A stretch of DNA of 63,687 bases, filler included, from Octopus bimaculoides (taxonomy: Eukaryota): assembly GCF_001194135.2 (NCBI RefSeq). It is 5 parts of 4 records of this genome, joined end to end, with 100 filler letters (N's around TTAATTAATTAA, not from the genome) between each part and the next. Parts side by side here need not be neighbours in the genome. Positions count along the whole stretch, not along the records: positions 45,211 to 55,293 come from NC_068984.1; positions 55,394 to 62,482 come from NC_068981.1; positions 62,583 to 63,687 come from NC_068993.1; 2 more parts are not named here. One strand, given 5' to 3'. The position numbers and the translations under genes were made by a program. Below the pieces are notes generated by a model, which saw only the letters and a list, made by a program, of their open reading frames with translations, made no database searches and was not told the origin of the DNA. This document shows, piece after piece, positions 51,506-63,687 of this stretch. Positions within the stretch are counted from its first letter, which is position 1; each line of letters begins with the position of its first letter.

Positions 51506-52010
51506 GCATCTACAATGTATCGGTGTTCTCCATTCTCTGTGGAGCAGAAACAAGGCCACTCTCGAAGACCCTGGCAAAGAGGATCAACGGCTTTGAGAGC
51601 AAATCCTTCAGATGCATCAGAAACATCAGTTGGTACTATGATATCTCTAAGAAAGAACTGCATGCGCGCACGCATCTGTTCTGCATCTTTCCACCACATA
51701 GCTATCTATTGCATGCACAGGTACGGACATGTCCTCCATCTTCCACTAGTTCATCATACCAGGGCTTTACCCTCATTCGATGCAACAGTTTCGGGATGGA
51801 AGGGGCCTCTTGGTAGGCCCCGCACCATATGGCTGGAGGTGATTGGAGAATATCACCAGAGGATCGACGTCACCTTGGAGGATACAAAGAAGCTAGAAGG
51901 TAATGGAGAGCACTGGTGGACCTGGGCGGCTCGACGCAAGATGATGCCTCTGGGACAACTAACTTGGAATGACTCTAGCCCCATCAAGCAAGAGCATGAA
52001 GACAGCCAGA
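51506..52010 (+). mobile_element. Same LINE, 3' segment in sense orientation
   Basis: IYNVSVFSILCGAETRPLSKTLAKRINGFESKSFRCI..YGHVLHL..GWKGPLGRPRTIWLEVI continues directly from where the inverted segment ends. Confidence 0.88.
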
Positions 52011-52330
52011 AGCCATATATATNNNNNNNNNNNNNNNNNNNNNNNNNNNNNNNNNNNNNNNNNNNNNNNNNNNNNNNNNNNNNNNNNNNNNNNNNNNNNN
52101 NNNNNNNNNNNNNNNNNNNNNNNNNNNNNNNNNNNNNNNNNNNNNNNNNNNNNNNNNNNNNNNNNNNNNNNNNNNNNNNNNNNNNNNNNNNNNNNNNNNN
52201 NNNNNNNNNNNNNNNNNNNNNNNNNNNNNNNNNNNGACTCAAAAACCACTATTTTCACTTGTACACAAGGGTGAAATGCATGTATGTATGTGTGTATGTA
52301 TGTATGAATTAATGTATGTAGGTGTGTATA

Positions 52331-52483
52331 TAGGCGCAGGAGTGGGTGTGTGGTAAGTAGCTTGCTTGCTTCCCAACCACATGGTACCGGACTGAGTCCC
52401 ACTGGGCAAGTGCCTTCTGCTATAGCTTCGGGCCGACCAAAGCCTTGTGAGTGAATTTGGTAGACTGAAACTGAAAGAAGCTT

Positions 52484-52490
<7 letters not shown>
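52331..52490 (+). mobile_element. CORE-type SINE, 5' half
   Basis: aggcgcaggagtgggtgtgtggtaagtagc..gggcaagtgccttctgctatagcttcgggccgaccaaagccttgtgag. Confidence 0.8.
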
Positions 52491-52548
<58 letters not shown>

Positions 52549-54693
52549 TTGCGTGCGTGTGAGTGTGCGCGATTGTTTCGGTTCTTTCATATACTAAAGA
52601 ATACTCAAGCCATGCTTCATAAATTTATCTCTTCGTAGTTGAAGGTCCACTGTCACCATTTGAAAAATGGTCATGAACATCACATTTAGCTGAGTCATAG
52701 TTGAAGCGCGTTCTATTTTCATTTGTCGCATTAATGTATGTAGTAACTACCTTGTCTTATATATTTAGTGGTGTTAACGATATACGCAGGGTCCGAAAAC
52801 GCAAATAACCGCAACTGTGTTATTGAAGAGTTATTCCTTATTTTTGTAGACACTCGTAGAATATAAGTGTTTAAAATAGAAAGCAGAAGAAAGTAAAATA
52901 AATGACAAATATTGCAAGAAAATAAGGAAATACATTTTTATTCAATGGACAATTTTACTCTCAATAGTTAAGAAATAAGCAAAAGATATACCTGAAAGTT
53001 TTAGCATAGATTTTGGTCAATGGAAAACCCAGATAAAGCTACCTTACTCATTTCAACATATTATGCATCTTAAATCATTTTAAAACTAGTACGAAATAAT
53101 ATTTCAGTCAATATTCATGCGAGAAATCCTGAAGAAACATTGAAAATTGAATTCTCTCGATACTGGAAATGTTTCAATTGCGTTGAAAGATGCAATCATT
53201 ACATCATTTCACAATTACATTGTTACAAACTCACCTATAAATATTGCATTGGAACGGATAAGCTACATGACAATTTTGGAAGTCTATATGATATTTACGA
53301 ACCATATGAAACATAAAAGTTTCCACTATTATACTCAAAATGTTTGCTGTTGATTTTAGTTATCGAGGAGGTCTGTGGCCAAGGTATTCCAGTCATAACT
53401 ATCTCACTTTTTATCAGATTGGCTATGTCAATGTATCTAAGCAAGCATTATCTTATATATCCTTGTTTTATTTTTTTAATTCCTTAATGCAATAAACTAA
53501 AAACTATCACAAGATACTGATTTGAATCTCTCGGGAGCTTTGAAGAGGAATCCATCTTCTACAAACTTCTGCTACTCGGATCATAGTGATTGAAGACAAT
53601 AAATAATATGCTGAAACTAGAACATAATCTCATCTTTGTATAGGAGTAGGCACAGATGAATGTGCAGCTCAACTTAACAATGATTAGTGCGTGCGCTACG
53701 AAATACTATCTGAAATACTATCTGGAAGATGGTATTAAAAGAAAAAATTTACACATCCAATTTCATTGATTCTTTTGCAAACATAAAACAATATCCGAAA
53801 CTTGCTAAACCTTATTACCAATTTAACCTTCAAAACATACATTACAGTTCGGCACTGATATATATTAAGTGAAAAAGAGATTCAGTACATAAACTATGTT
53901 TTTTTTTTAAGTATCTATTTTACATTAACATTTATTGTTGTATTTACGTGGAAGTTTTTCGGTTAAAACTCATCTCACATTGTACAAAAGTGTTTCCAAA
54001 AACCAGTTTTGAAAGCGAACTTTCGTACTAAACAGTCATTAAAAATATTAGATATTATTTTAACTCTCAAATAGTGCATGTTTTGTATATCAATTAAATA
54101 AATCTATTGAATATATGTGTCTGTGTATGTCCTTCTCAATTTCATACATATGTGTTTATAGTATATATATATATATATATAAATGTATATAGAATGAGCA
54201 TCTGGATAGTATATTCTATCGTATGTTACTAGGAAATTCAGAGATACAGCAAAAAATATTCCTGCGAAGTGACGTACAGAGACATGGAACAAGGAACCAT
54301 GAGTTAGCAAAGCGAATATCTTAACCACTCGACTATTACTAAATTTTATCGTATATGCATTGGTACGATGCATAAAGTTCATAAAAAGTGTCATTATTTT
54401 AGCAGAAGAAAACCCAACGGCGTTCTTTTTCTTTCAGTCTATTTTTGTTTCAATTAGGGTATGTTGAATATCTAAAACTTCTGCAAATTCGAGAGATTTA
54501 TAACATATTAGAGTGCGCACAAAATATAACCTATTGATCTAGTCAACTCCTCAAATACACAAAAATAATAAGAATTACGAATACAAATTGTGCATGTGTG
54601 TGTGAGGGCCTGTCTGTGTATGTGTGTGCGTGTGTATGTTTGTGAGTGTGTGTTCATCTATAGATGTGTATATATATATATATATGTGTGTGT

Positions 54694-54725
<32 letters not shown>

Positions 54726-55119
54726 ATAAACACTCATACACACACACACACTATATACATATAAAGAAATAGACCGATAGCTAACTGTCCACCGTATTGC
54801 GTAAATATACATTATTATTATTGTTTTTTTATGCTGTTTTTTAGAATAACTGTACGATCACTTGAAACTTTTGTGTTATCTTAATACTATAATATCGGAG
54901 TACACTGCAGCTTTTAAAAAATAAAGACACGGGATTACTGCAAATGTGCGCTCTGTTTTCCTTCTGCGAACTTTTGACTCACATACAGACGCACGCACGT
55001 GAGCGTGCAGACACACATAATACACACACATTCACATACACATTTATTCATGTACACCTACGTATACAAATACATACATATATTTTTAAACAAACATACA
55101 ATCGCAGAGAGAAATAGAC

Positions 55120-55182
<63 letters not shown>

Positions 55183-55194
55183 TAGATAGTTAGT

Positions 55195-55253
<59 letters not shown>

Positions 55254-55856
55254 GTTTCTTTATTAGCCACACAGGGCTCAACACAGAGGGGACNNNNNNN
55301 NNNNNNNNNNNNNNNNNNNNNNNNNNNNNNNNNNNNNTTAATTAATTAANNNNNNNNNNNNNNNNNNNNNNNNNNNNNNNNNNNNNNNNNNNNATTATAT
55401 TATATTATATATTATATAATATTATATTGTTATATTATATTATATTATATTATATTATATTCAGAGAATGATTGAACCTTAAAGAGAGTGAGAAATATAT
55501 ACAAATGAAGGATGAGAGGGAAATAGATGCGATGGAGTTATACATTGCTTTGACTTTTCTTGTATTATGACGCCTTTCTTGTCTCCAAAACTGGGGGCAC
55601 TTTCATTAGAAACCTATAACAGGTTTTTCTCTTGATTACCTTCTTATGTTCTTCTCATTTTTGAGAATATGATGTAGAACGAGTATACGGGTGTAAAATC
55701 ATGTGAAAATAACCACATCTACTTTGGAACTTAATTCACGTTATATCACACTTTTAAACAAAAAGAAAAGTAAATGAATCTTATAGTGTACATGACATGA
55801 AGAACATATCGTAGCAGATAAACCTTTATAAATGTGTATGTATATACTTAAGCGCA

Positions 55857-55899
<43 letters not shown>

Positions 55900-56165
55900 T
55901 ATATGTGTATGTGCTTCTGTGTGTGTATATATATATATATATATTTATATATTGTTTTCTAATTCTATGTTCAGTTACAATAAAAACAATCTGGGAATGT
56001 CATAGTTCCGAACAACCTAGAAAAACTTATAGAACGATGCGCAAACAAATTCGATAAAAATAGATACAACTGGAACACAGTCGCATTTTAATAACACACA
56101 GACACATACACACATGCAAATAACAAACATGAGGTTTACGGGAAAATATCTTACTGATACACTAC

Positions 56166-56267
56166 CTACATTAAATACAAATACATCAAATATCATTTGA
56201 AAATTTGCCTTTCTGAGATTATCTCCAGAACTAATCAAGAAAAATTTCCTCCAGTGGTGTTCATAAT
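56166..56267 (-). other. Candidate symmetric coding exon (102 nt, phase 1-1)
   Basis: Acceptor tgctttattttag, donor tag/gtagtg, open frame (D)YEHHWRKFFLISSGDNLRKANFQMIFDVFVFNV(G). Confidence 0.25.
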
Positions 56268-56354
56268 CTAAAATAAAGCAAATATACGAGAACATCGCAA
56301 TGTTAGCCAAATGAACTTTCTATAAAATGCATAGGTTTTGATTCAATTAGATCT

Positions 56355-56433
<79 letters not shown>

Positions 56434-56793
56434 TGTATTGTTAACAATAGTCGAGATGCGTGGTGATCAGTTACTCAATAAATGAAGAATGCATTGAATA
56501 CTAGAAAACGTACACGTAAGACGCACACAGAAGAACCCTGATTCTTCATCGGTTATCGACCAAAAATACTAATACTCTGTTTCGTGACTTTAACGATAAG
56601 ATTGAGAATTTCGCATATCGGCGAGCACGCGCAAAGTTTGTGGAGAATTAGGGTTCCAGCAAACAAGACAATACAGGGTGGACGTACGAAAGTAAACAGA
56701 TGTAATTTGAAACGATAGACGAAGACGCAACAAATACAGCCTTTCGGCCAAACACGAGGATGATGGGTAGCGCCTAGAAGGAATCCTCAATGA

Positions 56794-56935
56794 AGTGGCT
56801 GTGTGATAAGTAGTTTGCTTACCAACCACATGGTTCTGGGTTCAGTCCCGCTACGTGGAACCTGGGTAAGTGTCTTCTACTATGGCCTCGAGCCGATCAA
56901 ACCCTTGTAAACAGAAACTGAAAGAAGCCTGTCAT
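56794..56935 (+). mobile_element. CORE-type SINE, 5' half
   Basis: gtggctgtgtgataagtag..gggttcagtcccgctacgtggaacctgggtaagtgtcttctactatggcctcgagccga. Confidence 0.8.
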
Positions 56936-57847
56936 ATATATATATATATATACACACACACATATATTCTTTTCCTCTCCCCTTCACAGTTCTCTGTGCG
57001 TCACTCTCTCCCCCTCACTCATCCCCCCCCCCTTGTTCACGTGGCTCTCACGTGACTATCGGCCATCTTTCTTCTCCTAACTTATGTTTCTTTCTCTCCG
57101 TTGTAGCTGGATCTAGGAAGACGTGTTCTTGTCAGTCTCCTGTCCGTGGTTGATTTACGCGTTTGCCACCACAACCTCGTTTAGGCTTAGCAGCCCTTCC
57201 TGTTTGTTTTCACTCTTCTGTTTGTGTTACCAATTTTGACCCTCTGTATAATCCCAAATTTTTATCTAATTTGCTTTGCGGGAGCAGCTGCTTCATCGAA
57301 AGCGTGTCTTGTTGTTAAATGCTCGATATACGCGAGTAGAAAAACAGCCAACAACTTATGAAGGGTCGTTATTTGCGTTGTTTGTCCTGTTTTCCATTTG
57401 TGTCTTTCGTTGTTCGAAAAAATAATTCATATTCCCCGAACTTCGTATTTTTTGTTGTACACATTTCCTGACGTCATGTACCCACATATGCATACATATA
57501 TATATCACAAATATTCTGACAGTTACTGAGAATAGGGAGATTAATGCATCAACTAAAAAATATGCTGATGCATTAATCTCAGTATTGATTGCAATTTTCT
57601 TGGGTATTTCTCGGTAAATTATTCATAATCGAGCGAAGCTGACCCAGTATTTACACGTTAGGTAGAATATATTGGAATTGCTTACTGCAAGTAATCCTAG
57701 GTGCTCCTTACCACTCGATGTGGTTATATATAACTGAGTGCTCGAACGGTCCCCCTTTGATACTTTATCCCTATCTATCTATCCATCTATCTATCTCTCT
57801 CTGACTCTTACTCACTCTTTTTCTCTCTATATATATAAATATTCATG

Positions 57848-57882
<35 letters not shown>

Positions 57883-59049
57883 NNNNNNNNNNNNNNNNNN
57901 NNNNNNNNNNNNNNNNNNNNNNNNNNNNNNNNNNNNNNNNNNNNNNNNNNNNNNNNNNNNNNNNNNNNNNNNNNNNNNNNNNNNNNNNNNNNNNNNNNNN
58001 NNNNNNNNNNNNNNNNNNNNNNNNNNNNNNNNNNNNNNNNNNNNNNNNNNNNNNNNNNNNNNNNNNNNNNNNNNNNNNNNNNNNNNNNNNNNNNNNNNNN
58101 NNNNNNNNNNNNNNNNNNNNNNNNNNNNNNNNNNNNNNNNNNNNNNNNNNNNNNNNNNNNNNNNNNTTAAGTTTGTTCTGAACATTTGATAATGCAATCT
58201 ACCCAATATTGTTTATCTTTATATAACGGATATCGTTGCTAATGAAATATATGTAAGATGACGTTACTAAGTAATTTATGAAGAAACTTCCGTTTTTATT
58301 TTGCCTACACAGGCTTTTATATACATTTATTACATAACATACATAGTGTTATTATATAACACACATACATGTATGCATACATATATACACAAATACAGAC
58401 AGGTTAGCAGACAGACAGTCAGACAGAAAGGCAGACTGATTTACATGCATACACATCTACAACCGCATTCATACATGGTGGATATACATTTTCACAACAC
58501 ACATATCTATACGTAGGGACATGCACGAATGCATACACACACATGCATGAACGTCCATATCCACACGCAAACATTGAAACGCATACAAATGCACACACAT
58601 ACACACACATGTAAGTTAATATGGGTTTCGTTTGCTGAAATATAATTAACTTGGAATTACAAGTAATTTATGAAGTAACCTTTTGAAGTATATACGACTA
58701 ATCCCTCATCTATTGATCTGACAGATTACATGAAATTAATCAGTTAACTTCCATTGTCACTTTAGCATATGAGAGATATAATACATGTATTGATTCCTTT
58801 TGTAACAGTCCTACTTTTCGAGGGATTGGTATCATCGATCAAATCACATAAAATGCATCGCCATTGAATATATCGATCTACAGCGAAGAAAGGGACAGTG
58901 AAGCCTGATGAGATTTGAACTTCATTTACTGGATCATTGACGTCACAGACAGTTTTTTGTTAAATGGCTCCAGACGAGCACTAATCGACCAGATCTATTC
59001 TTAATGTCATTCCAGCCATGACCAACAGATATAATGTATTTAGGACCCT

Positions 59050-59385
59050 ATTATTACCTCCGCCTTAGCGAAGGCGGAGGTATTGTTTTCAGTCGTGTTT
59101 GTTTGTCCGTGGACAAGAAATCTCTAGAATCGCTGGGTGGATTCGGATGAAACTTTCAGGGATGTTTGGCCTCATGACTGGCATGAACGGATTATATTTT
59201 GGGATTGATGTGGTACCAGACAAGAATGCTGGATTAGTTTTTCCTGTTTTTTTTTGTTTTTTGTTTTACTTAAGTTTTCTTAGCGGTCGGTTTCATTTTA
59301 GCATTCTCGTTTGCGAGAGCAGTCGAGTTTATTTCAGATATTCTCGTTTTCAAAATCATCTCTGGCTAATCGTTGAGAGGTTTGA
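59050..59385 (+). mobile_element. DINE-1/HINE-like (Helentron-associated) non-autonomous element, 3'-truncated
   Basis: Starts ttattacctccgcc, with a perfect 12-bp hairpin (59055-59066/59071-59082) followed by a gtttgtttgtccg simple-repeat tract and gatgaaacttt. This architecture is recalled for HINEs. Confidence 0.6.
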
Positions 59386-59413
59386 TTTTATTTTTAAAAT
59401 TTTTTATTTCTAG

Positions 59414-59815
59414 TTTACTTGTTTCAGTCATTTGACTGCGACCTTGCTGGGGCAATGCTTTGGACAACATTTTATCGAATAGCATTTATTTTTTTTTAAA
59501 GCTGGATGCTTATTTTATCGTTCTTTTTCCTAAACTGGTAAGTTACGAAGACGTAAACACACCAACACCTGTTGCTTATCGGTATTGGGTGATAAACACA
59601 GACACAAAAACACAGGCACACATACGCACACGCACCGGCACACGCACATACATATGTATGAGAAGCTTCTTTTAGTTTCCATCATCTACCAAATCCACTC
59701 AGAAAGCTTTGATCGATCCGAGGCTACAGGAGAAAATATTTGCCTAAGGTTTCACGCAATGGAACTGAACCATGTGTTTGGGAAGTAAACATCTTACCAC
59801 ACAGCTACGCGTGCG
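59414..59815 (-). mobile_element. Near full-length diverged CORE-type SINE
   Basis: tttcagtcatttgactgc..acgtaaacacacc..cttcttttagtttcc..tctaccaaatccactca..cttaccacacagc. Confidence 0.8.
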
Positions 59816-60300
59816 TTTTGCTTACTTTTTTTAATTTTTGAAACAATAGACAGTAATTTGACGTATATTTGGCTGTTATTTCTTGCGAGGTTTTTCCATT
59901 GTGCAAATGCCTCATCGTTGACTTGAGAGAGAAGCGTAACATTTTCTAGTACACTACTAAATGTTTCACCATATCAATTTGTTAACTAGCGCTGCATTCA
60001 TCAGCGCAATCAGTGAAGTATTAGAAGTTATTACAACTCGTGTAATTCCTCACAGTAAAAACCGGTAATTCTTTTAAGTGGTCCTAATGTCTTTTACATG
60101 AATATCTATGAAAGACAAGACAAATCTTTCTTCGGGGCATCTTCATTTCTGATGAAGATGAAGATTAAAACTAGAATTTTATGATTCGACAACGATAAAA
60201 TATCTAACGTTCTGAGATGCGTAACTCTTATAGAGTCGATAATTTTTCAAGACGATTAATCTTCTCATCAAATAAATACTTGTATATGAGTTTCAGATTG

Positions 60301-60912
60301 TGGCACAATGTCAGCAAATTGGACGGAGGAGTTAAGTCGATTACATCGACCCTAGTGTTCAAATAGAACTTATTTTAACGACCCTCTAAAGAATGAAAGG
60401 TACGTGAATAATTCTGCCAGCTCGTTACCTAAGAGTCGTACATTTTTACTGGCTGCACATTTTGGCACAAAGTCAGCCGTTTATGGAGAGGAGATAAGTT
60501 TATAACATTGACCCCAGTGTTCAATTATTATATTATTATCTACTCCAGGTACAAGGTCCAAAATTTTGGGGGAGGGGCGAGTCTATTAGATCGACCCCAG
60601 TACGCAACTGGTACTTAATTTATCGACCCCGAAGGATGAAATCAAAGTCGACCTGGGCGGAATTTGATCTCAGAACGTAAAGACAGACGAAATACTGCTA
60701 AGCATTTCACGTGGCGTGCTAACGTTTCTGCCAGCTCGCCGCCTTAAAAATGCGGTACATATTATTTTCTACCCTAGGCACAAATCCCCAAATTTTGGGG
60801 GACGGGGCAGTCGATTCGATCAACTTCAGTATGCAACTGGTACTTAATTTGTCGACCCTGAAAGGATGAAAAGCAAAGTCGACCTCGGCAGAACGAAATA
60901 CCACTAAGAATT
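60301..60912 (-). mobile_element. Cluster of four same-strand SINE family B copies or fragments (~60301-60429, 60460-60530, 60545-60743, 60766-60912)
   Basis: Repeated gtcgattWSatcgaccc..actggtacttaattt..cgaccc..ggatgaaa..aagtcgacct motifs. Confidence 0.82.
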
Positions 60913-61587
60913 TGGTCTTGATTTCGTCTTTGATCATCATCCAATACCCTCACATTGAATATATACCTTCGTCTCAGGCTGAATTCGAAATAAGAGACTG
61001 AATTTCACAAGAAAGCAATAATACAACTATGTATTTGGAGTTAATTATCTTTCAGTAATTACAGTCATATTGATTAGATGTCAAATTTTCCCTCATTGAT
61101 TACACACAAACACATACACTAACACACATACACATCATGATACTCATAATCAATTGTTCAAAATATATATCTGTTTTAGGATAAAGTGCTCGATTAGTAT
61201 AGAGCGTAATATCAACTAATGATGACAGGCAAACGAGAATTACAGGATTATGTTCAATAGCTGACTGTTGTTTCTGCTACGAAAAAAAAAACATTGCATT
61301 CAGGCTTGAGTGCCTGTGTATCGTCTTATAGGTCATAAAATCTATGGTTATTTCGGAAAACATATAAAATCGAAATAGACATACATTTCATTTTAAGAGC
61401 TCTAATACGTTGCACAGGCTCCAATCTGTGCACGCTCTGCATTCCATAGCAGCAAGGACTGAAAGCTAGTGAAGTTGCTTACGTAACTCTTGTTAAGTTG
61501 TCATTCAATATTAATATTACGCTACGCCCTGACAGATATATTCTAAAGCATATATTTATTGAGCTTTAACAACTGGCTATTATACCG

Positions 61588-61632
<45 letters not shown>

Positions 61633-61706
61633 NNNNNNNNNNNNNNNNNNNNNNNNNNNNNNNNCATATATACATACATATATATATATATATGTTTATA
61701 CGTATA

Positions 61707-61738
<32 letters not shown>

Positions 61739-62582
61739 CCTATAATCAATACAATGAACCAGAGCTAATTGCATTGTTCCTTTCTGAAAATTTACATATC
61801 AAAGAAAGTGAAAGTAGAATTCAGTTTTTAATCAATACGTGGGTCGATCTAATGAAACACTGAAGCCACCTGGGGAGGATAAATGTAGAAATTTGGCAGG
61901 ACATTTTAAAAGTTCTATGAAGATTCAAAATGGTGAAAATTTAACATGTTTTTTTTTATTCAATGCTAGGACACCTGATGGTAGTCTCTGATCTCAACGA
62001 TCGATAAATAAGCATAAGACTATGAAGACTGCAGTCGAAGGACATAATGTTCAAGATTATCATTTGGGCATTACGTGAGATTATTTACTAGAATTTTCCA
62101 GAAGAATAACTATGGTCTGGGTAGACAGTAATCAGCTTAAAAACTTTAACAGTAAAAGCACGTGTTTGTGTGGGCGACAGTCAAGGCGTCCAGCTGTCCA
62201 TTACTTTGGCCAACTATTCATGATAGATATATTGGTCCGTGATAAGCAATAGTACGCATATATACACATATTTACATAATATTTATCTGTTTATATATCC
62301 CGTCTCTGTGCGTGTATATATACATATGTACGTATATACATGCATACACATACGTTTATATCAGGAGACGCTTACCGTCCTCTGAGGGTAAATACCCAAT
62401 CTTTCTTTGGTGTTTAAACTGCAATACTTCACACGAAATTTACTTTCTTAGTTGTTATATATATATATATATATATATATATNNNNNNNNNNNNNNNNNN
62501 NNNNNNNNNNNNNNNNNNNNNNNNNNTTAATTAATTAANNNNNNNNNNNNNNNNNNNNNNNNNNNNNNNNNNNNNNNNNNNN

Positions 62583-62726
62583 GCTAAGAAGCTTGCTTCA
62601 TAATCACTTGGTTCCGGGTTCAGTGCCACTGTGTGTCACCTTGGGCAAGTGTCTTCTACTATAGCCTCCGGCCAATCACAACCTTCTGATTGAATTTCGT
62701 AAACGGAAACTGAAAGAAGCCCGTCT

Positions 62727-62760
<34 letters not shown>

Positions 62761-63012
62761 CGCGCGCGGTTGTATGCGTGTGTCTTTACTTTGCGTCTGT
62801 GTTTGTCCTCCCTTCACCACTTGACACTCGGTATTGGTGTGTTTACATCCTTGTTACTTAGCGGTTCGGTAAAAGAGCCCCATAGAATAAGTACTAGGCT
62901 TAAGAAATAAGTCCTATGTTCGATTGCTTCCATTAAGAAAAAAAAAACCCTTCTAAGTGATGGTCCAGCATGGCTGCAATCAAATGACTGAATCAAGTAC
63001 AAGAATAAAAGA
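62583..63012 (+). mobile_element. Near full-length CORE-type SINE with internal (TA)/(TG) microsatellite
   Basis: gggttcagtgccactg..accttgggcaagtgtcttctactatagcctc (CORE-like), tail agaataagtactaggctt..caaatgactgaatcaagtac. Confidence 0.85.
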
Positions 63013-63411
63013 ATATATATATTATGTGGTAAGGCCAGTTTCATAAATGACAAAATAAATTAGTTTGATCAGGAAAACCTGGGTAGCTGCATTTAACAAG
63101 GTTTGTACTTTTTATTATAACATTATTTATGTATGTGTACGCTCACGTGTGTATGTGCGCACGTGCATGTATGTGCGTGCCTGCGTGTGTTTTTTTTGTG
63201 TATGTATGCATGTGTATGTGTGTGTGCGTGTGTGTGAATATGTGTGCGTGTGTATGAGTTGTGTGTAAACAAACATATAGATTTGATATATGTAAACTCT
63301 CTTTCGATACGCACACTCACAGCCACACAGATATATGGGTATTATTTGATCCTTTCACCTGCACGATTTTCACAAAGAAAAAAAAAACATGGATTTTTTT
63401 AGTGAAATCAA

Positions 63412-63687
63412 GTACACTGACCTCCTAATATGGTGTAAATCCCTTATTTTTGTTCGGAAAAAGGGAGGGACCGCCCCCCCCCCCAAAAAAACCTGGAATC
63501 ATTGGAAATTTTTTTTCGTTGAATGAATTCCGGTGACCTCCTATAATGTTTCAAAACCCTTTATGGGGTCCGGAAAATGGGGTGAGATGGAAGCCTCGGA
63601 AACCGGACCCTCCCCAACATCCCGGAATCAGTGGAAAATTTTTTTTCCGTTAAATCAAATAAATGAATTTCGGTGACCTCCCAATAT
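63412..63687. repeat. Diverged ~120-140-bp tandem repeat running off the window end
   Basis: tgacctcc recurs near 63417, 63535 and 63675; ggaatcaKtggaaa..ttttttYcgtt..atgaattYcggtgacctcc occurs twice. Confidence 0.6.

Overview
AT-rich eukaryotic scaffold with many N gaps and dense microsatellites. The repeat families and the style of the zinc-finger gene point to an octopus (coleoid cephalopod) genome; this is inference, not a database match. One clear protein-coding gene is present: a 13-finger tandem C2H2 zinc-finger ORF (7476-8675, +), preceded by a splice acceptor and, about 2.5 kb upstream, a GC-box/CCAAT promoter-like block next to a ~260-bp imperfect palindrome. The rest is mostly transposon debris: RTE-type LINEs (one with a twin-priming-like 5' inversion), two R4/Dong-like elements at (TAA)n tracts, an L2/CR1-like RT fragment, a Penelope-like RT fragment, a Ty3/Gypsy integrase fragment fused to a 29-bp minisatellite, a mariner transposase fragment, several MITEs, a DINE-1/HINE-like element and at least three tRNA-derived SINE families. 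Two weak candidate minus-strand exons may belong to an unidentified long-intron gene. I found no prokaryotic system, no CRISPR array, no rRNA and no true tRNA gene, and no evidence of a complete novel biological system. The best leads are structural: the LINE inversion, the promoter palindrome, the Dong-like target preference and the minisatellite/integrase fusion. Boundaries of decayed repeats are approximate (tens of bp) and all family names come from manual motif recognition.
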